From Auanema rhodensis (Eukaryota; Animalia; Nematoda): a stretch of DNA of 64,000 nucleotides. Position numbers and translations under genes: made by a program. The DNA lies in assembly GCA_964057225.1 (NCBI GenBank), contig OZ059897.1:6634001-6698000 (forward strand), written 5' to 3'. The notes beneath the pieces are model-generated. The model saw only the letters and a program-made list of their open reading frames with translations, was not told where the DNA came from and did not search any database. This document shows positions 55,401 through 64,000 of this stretch, piece after piece (within the stretch, counting starts at the first letter, position 1; the number at the start of each line of letters is the position of its first letter).

Positions 55401-58400
55401 GAGTAAGAGATGATGAACAACTCTTGAGTCTGGCGCCTTAGACCACTCGGCCATCCGTGCTTCGAACACCGTCATTTGTGATCAATAGATGATCGTACCA
55501 AGTACAGATGAGCAAGAAAAAGTTGAAGAAAACCTTAAAAGGTATGCACGGAGTGGGATTTGAACCCACGCCCTCATACGAGGACCAGAACACCCAACTC
55601 TATACACAGAATAAGAGATGATGAACAACTCTTGAGTCTGGCGCCTTAGAGCACTCGGCCATCCGTGTTTCGAACACCTTCATTTGTGATCAATAGATGA
55701 TCGTACCAAGTACAGATGAGCAAGAAAAAGTTGAAGAAAACCTTAAAAGGTATGCACGGAGTGGGATTTGAACCCACGCCCTCATACGAGGACCAGAACA
55801 CCCAACTCTATGCACAGAGTAAGAGATGATGAACAACTCTTGAGTCTGGCGCCTTAGACCACTCGGCCATCCGTGCTTCGAACACCGTCATTTGTGATCA
55901 CTAGATGATCGTACCAAGTACAGATGAGCAAGAAAAAGTTGAAGAAAACCTTAAAATGTATGCACGGAGTGGGATTTGAACCCACGCCCTCATACGAGGA
56001 CCAGAACACCCAACTCTATACACAGAGTAAGAGATGATGAACAACTCTTGAGTCTGGCGCCTTAGACCACTCGGCCATCCGTGCTTCGAACACCGTCATT
56101 TGTGATCAATAGATGATCGTACCAAGTACAGATGAGCAAGAAAAAGTTGAAGAAAACCTTAAAAGGTATGCACGGAGTGGGATTTGAACCCACGCCCTCA
56201 TACGAGGACCAGAACACCCAACTCTATACACAGAGTAAGAGATGATGAACAACTCTTGAGTCTGGCGCCTTAGACCACTCGGCCATCCGTGCTTCGAACA
56301 CCGTCATTTGTGATCAATAGATGATCGTACCAAGTACAGATGAGCAAGAAAAAGTTGAAGAAAACCTTAAAAGGTATGCACGGAGTGGGATTTGAACCCA
56401 CGCCCTCATACGAGGACCAGAACACCCAACTCTATACACAGAGTAAGAGATGATGAACAACTCTTGAGTCTGGCGCCTTAGACCACTCGGCCATCCGTGC
56501 TTCGAACACCGTCATTTGTGATCAATAGATGATCGTACCAAGTACAGATGAGCAAGAAAAAGTTGAAGAAAACCTTAAAAGGTATGCACGGAGTGGGATT
56601 TGAACCCACGCCCTCATACGAGGACCAGAACACCCAACTCTATACACAGAGTAAGAGATGATGAACAACTCTTGAGTCTGGCGCCTTAGACCACTCGGCC
56701 ATCCGTGCTTCGAACACCGTCATTTGTGATCAATAGATGATCGTACCAAGTACAGATGAGCAAGAAAAAGTTGAAGAAAACCTTAAAGGGTATGCACGGA
56801 GTGGGATTTGAACCCACGCCCTCATACGAGGACCAGAACACCCAACTCTATACACAGAGTAAGAGATGATGAACAACTCTTGAGTCTGGCGCCTTAGACC
56901 ACTCGGCCATCCGTGCTTCGAACACCGTCATTTGTGATCAATAGATGATCGTACCAAGTACAGATGAGCAAGAAAAAGTTGAAAAAAACCTTAAAAGGTA
57001 TGCACGGAGTGGGATTTGAACCCACGCCCTCATACGAGGACCAGAACACCCAACTCTATACACAGAGTAAGAGATGATGAACAACTCTTGAGTCTGGCGC
57101 CTTAGAGCACTCGGCCATCCGTGCTTCGAACACCGTCATTTGTGATCACTAGATGATCGTACCAAGTACAGATGAGCAAGAAAAAATTGAAGAAAATCTT
57201 AAAAGGTATGCACGGAGTGGGATTTGAACCCACGCCCTCATACGAGGACCAGAACACCCAACTCTATACACAGAGTAAGAGATGATGAACAACTCTTGAG
57301 TCTGGCGCCTTAGACCACTCGGCCATCCGTGCTTCGAACACCGTCATTTGTGATCAATAGATGATCGTACCAAGTACAGATGAGCAAGAAAAAGTTGAAG
57401 AAAACCTTAAAAGGTATGCACGGAGTGGGATTTGAACCCACGCCCTCATACGAGGACCAGAACACCCAACTCTATACACAGAGTAAGAGATGATGAACAA
57501 CTCTTGAGTCTGGCGCCTTAGACCACTCGGCCATCCGTGCTTCGAACACCGTCATTTGTGATCAATAGATGATCGTACCAAGTACAGATGAGCAAGAAAA
57601 AGTTGAAGAAAACCTTAAAAGGTATGCACGGAGTGGGATTTGAACCCACGCCCTCATACGAGGACCAGAACACCCAACTCTATACACAGAGTAAGAGATG
57701 ATGAACAACTCTTGAGTCTGGCGCCTTAGACCACTCGGCCATCCGTGCTTCGAACACCGTCATTTGTGATCAATAGATGATCGTACCAAGTACAGATGAG
57801 CAAGAAAAAGTTGAAGAAAACCTTAAAAGGTATGCACGGAGTGGGATTTGAACCCACGCCCTCATACGAGGACCAGAACACCCAACTCTATACACAGAGT
57901 AAGAGATGATGAACAACTCTTGAGTCTGGCGCCTTAGACCACTCGGCCATCCGTGCTTCGAACACCGTCATTTGTGATCAATAGATGATCGTACCAAGTA
58001 CAGATGAGCAAGAAAAAGTTGAAGAAAACCTTAAAAGGTATGCACGGAGTGGGATTTGAACCCACGCCCTCATACGAGGACCAGAACACCCAACTCTATA
58101 CACAGAGTAAGAGATGATGAACAACTCTTGAGTCTGGCGCCTTAGACCACTCGGCCATCCGTGCTTCGAACACCGTCATTTGTGATCAATAGATGATCGT
58201 ACCAAGTACAGATGAGCAAGAAAAAGTTGAAGAAAACCTTAAAAGGTGTGCACGGAGTGGGATTTGAACCCACGCCCTCATACGAGGACCAGAACACCCA
58301 ACTCTATACACAGAGTAAGAGATGATGAACAACTCTTGAGTCTGGCGCCTTAGACCACTCGGCCATCCGTGCTTCGAACACCGTCATTTGTGATCAATAG

Positions 58401-61400
58401 ATGATCGTACCAAGTACAGATGAGCAAGAAAAAGTTGAAGAAAACCTTAAAAGGTATGCACGGAGTGGGATTTGAACCCACGCCCTCATACGAGGACCAG
58501 AACACCCAACTCTATACACAGAATAAGAGATGATGAACAACTCTTGAGTCTGGCGCCTTAGAGCACTCGGCCATCCGTGTTTCGAACACCTTCATTTGTG
58601 ATCAATAGATGATCGTACCAAGTACAGATGAGCAAGAAAAAGTTGAAGAAAACCTTAAAAGGTATGCACGGAGTGGGATTTGAACCCACGCCCTCATACG
58701 AGGACCAGAACACCCAACTCTATGCACAGAGTAAGAGATGATGAACAACTCTTGAGTCTGGCGCCTTAGACCACTCGGCCATCCGTGCTTCGAACACCGT
58801 CATTTGTGATCACTAGATGATCGTACCAAGTACAGATGAGCAAGAAAAAGTTGAAGAAAACCTTAAAATGTATGCACGGAGTGGGATTTGAACCCACGCC
58901 CTCATACGAGGACCAGAACACCCAACTCTATACACAGAGTAAGAGATGATGAACAACTCTTGAGTCTGGCGCCTTAGACCACTCGGCCATCCGTGCTTCG
59001 AACACCGTCATTTGTGATCAATAGATGATCGTACCAAGTACAGATGAGCAAGAAAAAGTTGAAGAAAACCTTAAAAGGTATGCACGGAGTGGGATTTGAA
59101 CCCACGCCCTCATACGAGGACCAGAACACCCAACTCTATACACAGAGTAAGAGATGATGAACAACTCTTGAGTCTGGCGCCTTAGACCACTCGGCCATCC
59201 GTGCTTCGAACACCGTCATTTGTGATCAATAGATGATCGTACCAAGTACAGATGAGCAAGAAAAAGTTGAAGAAAACCTTAAAAGGTGTGCACGGAGTGG
59301 GATTTGAACCCACGCCCTCATACGAGGACCAGAACACCCAACTCTATACACAGAGTAAGAGATGATGAACAACTCTTGAGTCTGGCGCCTTAGACCACTC
59401 GGCCATCCGTGCTTCGAACACCGTCATTTGTGATCAATAGATGATCGTACCAAGTACAGATGAGCAAGAAAAAGTTGAAGAAAACCTTAAAAGGTATGCA
59501 CGGAGTGGGATTTGAACCCACGCCCTCATACGAGGACCAGAACACCCAACTCTATACACAGAATAAGAGATGATGAACAACTCTTGAGTCTGGCGCCTTA
59601 GAGCACTCGGCCATCCGTGTTTCGAACACCTTCATTTGTGATCAATAGATGATCGTACCAAGTACAGATGAGCAAGAAAAAGTTGAAGAAAACCTTAAAA
59701 GGTATGCACGGAGTGGGATTTGAACCCACGCCCTCATACGAGGACCAGAACACCCAACTCTATGCACAGAGTAAGAGATGATGAACAACTCTTGAGTCTG
59801 GCGCCTTAGACCACTCGGCCATCCGTGCTTCGAACACCGTCATTTGTGATCACTAGATGATCGTACCAAGTACAGATGAGCAAGAAAAAGTTGAAGAAAA
59901 CCTTAAAATGTATGCACGGAGTGGGATTTGAACCCACGCCCTCATACGAGGACCAGAACACCCAACTCTATACACAGAGTAAGAGATGATGAACAACTCT
60001 TGAGTCTGGCGCCTTAGACCACTCGGCCATCCGTGCTTCGAACACCGTCATTTGTGATCAATAGATGATCGTACCAAGTACAGATGAGCAAGAAAAAGTT
60101 GAAGAAAACCTTAAAAGGTATGCACGGAGTGGGATTTGAACCCACGCCCTCATACGAGGACCAGAACACCCAACTCTATACACAGAGTAAGAGATGATGA
60201 ACAACTCTTGAGTCTGGCGCCTTAGACCACTCGGCCATCCGTGCTTCGAACACCGTCATTTGTGATCAATAGATGATCGTACCAAGTACAGATGAGCAAG
60301 AAAAAGTTGAAGAAAACCTTAAAAGGTATGCACGGAGTGGGATTTGAACCCACGCCCTCATACGAGGACCAGAACACCCAACTCTATACACAGAGTAAGA
60401 GATGATGAACAACTCTTGAGTCTGGCGCCTTAGACCACTCGGCCATCCGTGCTTCGAACACCGTCATTTGTGATCAATAGATGATCGTACCAAGTACAGA
60501 TGAGCAAGAAAAAGTTGAAGAAAACCTTAAAAGGTATGCACGGAGTGGGATTTGAACCCACGCCCTCATACGAGGACCAGAACACCCAACTCTATACACA
60601 GAGTAAGAGATGATGAACAACTCTTGAGTCTGGCGCCTTAGACCACTCGGCCATCCGTGCTTCGAACACCGTCATTTGTGATCAATAGATGATCGTACCA
60701 AGTACAGATGAGCAAGAAAAAGTTGAAGAAAACCTTAAAAGTTATGCACGGAGTGGGATTTGAACCCACGCCCTCATACGAGGACCAGAACACCCAACTC
60801 TATACACAGAGTAAGAGATGATGAACAACTCTTGAGTCTGGCGCCTTAGACCACTCGGCCATCCGTGCTTCGAACACCGTCATTTGTGATCAATAGATGA
60901 TCGTACGAAGTACAGATGAGCAAGAAAAAGTTGAAGAAAACCTTAAAAGGTATGCACGGAGTGGGATTTGAACCCACGCCCTCATACGAGGACCAGAACA
61001 CCCAACTCTATACACAGAGTAAGAGATGATGAACAACTCTTGAGTCTGGCGCCTTAGACCACTCGGCCATCCGTGCTTCGAACACCGTCATTTGTGATCA
61101 ATAGATGATCGTACCAAGTACAGATGAGCAAGAAAAAGTTGAAGAAAACCTTAAAAGGTATGCACGGAGTGGGATTTGAACCCACGCCCTCATACGAGGA
61201 CCAGAACACCCAACTCTATACACAGAGTAAGAGATGATGAACAACTCTTGAGTCTGGCGCCTTAGACCACTCGGCCATCCGTGCTTCGAACACCGTCATT
61301 TGTGATCAATAGATGATCGTACCAAGTACAGATGAGCAAGAAAAAGTTGAAGAAAACCTTAAAAGGTATGCACGGAGTGGGATTTGAACCCACGCCCTCA

Positions 61401-63864
61401 TACGAGGACCAGAACACCCAACTCTATACACAGAGTAAGAGATGATGAACAACTCTTGAGTCTGGCGCCTTAGACCACTCGGCCATCCGTGCTTCGAACA
61501 CCGTCATTTGTGATCAATAGATGATCGTACCAAGTACAGATGAGCAAGAAAAAGTTGAAGAAAACCTTAAAAGTTATGCACGGAGTGGGATTTGAACCCA
61601 CGCCCTCATACGAGGACCAGAACACCCAACTCTATACACAGAGTAAGAGATGATGAACAACTCTTGAGTCTGGCGCCTTAGACCACTCGGCCATCCGTGC
61701 TTCGAACACCGTCATTTGTGATCAATAGATGATCGTACGAAGTACAGATGAGCAAGAAAAAGTTGAAGAAAACCTTAAAAGGTATGCACGGAGTGGGATT
61801 TGAACCCACGCCCTCATACGAGGACCAGAACACCCAACTCTATACACAGAGTAAGAGATGATGAACAACTCTTGAGTCTGGCGCCTTAGACCACTCGGCC
61901 ATCCGTGCTTCGAACACCGTTATTTGTGATCAATAGATGATCGTACCAAGTACAGATGAGCAAGAAAAAGTTGAAGAAAACCTTAAAAGGTATGCACGGA
62001 GTGGGATTTGAACCCACGCCCTCATACGAGGACCAGAACACCCAACTCTATACACAGAGTAAGAGATGATGAACAACTCTTGAGTCTGGCGCCTTAGACC
62101 ACTCGGCCATCCGTGCTTCGAACACCGTCATTTGTGATCAATAGATGATCGTACCAAGTACAGATGAGCAAGAAAAAGTTGAAGAAAACCTTAAAAGGTA
62201 TGCACGGAGTGGGATTTGAACCCACGCCCTCATACGAGGACCAGAACACCCAACTCTATACACAGAGTAAGAGATGATGAACAACTCTTGAGTCTGGCGC
62301 CTTAGACCACTCGGCCATCCGTGCTTCGAACACCGTCATTTGTGATCAATAGATGATCGTACCAAGTACAGATGAGCAAGAAAAAGTTGAAGAAAACCTT
62401 AAAAGGTATGCACGGAGTGGGATTTGAACCCACGCCCTCATACGAGGACCAGAACACCCAACTCTATACACAGAGTAAGAGATGATGAACAACTCTTGAG
62501 TCTGGCGCCTTAGACCACTCGGCCATCCGTGCTTCGAACACCGTCATTTGTGATCAATAGATGATCGTACCAAGTACAGATGAGCAAGAAAAAGTTGAAG
62601 AAAACCTTAAAAGGTATGCACGGAGTGGGATTTGAACCCACGCCCTCATACGAGGACCAGAACACCCAACTCTATACACAGAGTAAGAGATGATGAACAA
62701 CTCTTGAGTCTGGCGCCTTAGAGCACTCGGCCATCCGTGCTTCGAACACCGTCATTTGTGATCAATAGATGATCGTACCAAGTACAGATGAGCAAGAAAA
62801 AGTTGAAGAAAACCTTAAAAGGTATGCACGGAGTGGGATTTGAACCCACGCCCTCATACGAGGACCAGAACACCCAACTCTATACACAGAGTAAGAGATG
62901 ATGAACAACTCTTGAGTCTGGCGCCTTAGACCACTCGGCCATCCGTGCTTCGAACACCGTCATTTGTGATCACTAGATGATCGTACCAAGTACAGATGAG
63001 CAAGAAAAAGTTGAAGAAAACCTTAAAAGGTATGCACGGAGTGGGATTTGAACCCACGCCCTCATACGAGGACCAGAACACCCAACTCTATACACAGAGT
63101 AAGAGATGATGAACAACTCTTGAGTCTGGCGCCTTAGAGCACTCGGCCATCCGTGCTTCGAACACCGTCATTTGTGATCAATAGATGATCGTACCAAGTA
63201 CAGATGAGCAAGAAAAAGTTGAAGAAAACCTTAAAAGATATGCACGAAGTGGGATTTGAACCCACGCCCTCATACGAGGACCAGAACACCCAACTCTATA
63301 CACAGAGTAAGAGATGATGAACAACTCTTGAGTCTGGCGCCTTAGACCACTCGGCCATCCGTGCTTCGAACACCGTCATTTGTGATCACTAGATGATCGT
63401 ACCAAGTACAGATGAGCAAGAAAAAGTTGAAGAAAACCTTAAAAGGTATGCACGGAGTGGGATTTGAACCCACGCCCTCATACGAGGACCAGAACACCCA
63501 ACTCTATACACAGAGTAAGAGATGATGAACAACTCTTGAGTCTGGCGCCTTAGAGCACTCGGCCATCCGTGCTTCGAACACCGTCATTTGTGATCAATAG
63601 ATGATCGTACCAAGTACAGATGAGCAAGAAAAAGTTGAAGAAAACCTTAAAAGATATGCACGGAGTGGGATTTGAACCCACGCCCTCATACGAGGACCAG
63701 AACACCCAACTCTATACACAGAGTAAGAGATGATGAACAACTCTTGAGTCTGGCGCCTTAGACCACTCGGCCATCCGTGCTTCGAACACCGTCATTTGTG
63801 ATCAATAGATGATCGTACCAAGTACAGATGAGCAAGAAAAAGTTGAAGAAAACCTTAAAAGGTA

Positions 63865-63988
63865 TGCACGGAGTGGGATTTGAACCCACGCCCTCATACG
63901 AGGACCAGAACACCCAACTCTATACACAGAGTAAGAGATGATGAACAACTCTTGAGTCTGGCGCCTTAGACCACTCGGCCATCCGTGC
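63865..63988 (-). tRNA. tRNA-Leu(CAA), intron-containing, last complete copy in window
   Basis: Identical to the consensus copy. Confidence 0.95.
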
Positions 63989-64000
63989 TTCGAACACCGT

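Larger units (their letters stand above)
39469..64000 (-). repeat. Tandem array 2: 118 copies of the same 208-bp tRNA-Leu(CAA) unit, open at the window end
   Basis: First tRNA at 39530-39653, last at 63865-63988. The spacing equals 117 x 208 minus 1, explained by a single 1-bp deletion at ~49646. Confidence 0.97.

Noticed and set aside
31799-64000. CRISPR array
   Set aside because: The units are wholly identical with no variable spacers, each unit is a eukaryotic tRNA gene, and there are no cas genes.

Overview
AT-rich eukaryotic DNA with ~45-60 nt introns and TTTCAG-type acceptors. The gene content points to a rhabditid-like nematode. The left half (1-31.5 kb) holds spliced genes: the 5' half of a receptor-type guanylyl cyclase (-), a secreted LRR protein (+), an SLC36/PAT-type amino acid transporter (+), ltd-1/hillarin (-), an orphan single-TM gene missed by the ORF track (-) and a GH25-type lysozyme-like gene (-). 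The right half is a head-to-tail array of a 208-bp unit. Each unit is one complete intron-containing tRNA-Leu(CAA) gene (124 bp, - strand) plus an 84-bp spacer. There are 23 copies at 31.8-36.6 kb and 118 copies from 39.5 kb to the window end, 141 in total, and the array runs off the end. The array is split by a 2,859-bp insert carrying exactly one intron-containing Str/Srd-type chemoreceptor gene. The insert is flanked by an 11-bp direct duplication of spacer sequence (AATAGATGATC). The array shows higher-order repeats, amplified haplotypes predicted to be defective, an invariant anticodon, and only one net indel. All exon models and copy counts were made by eye.
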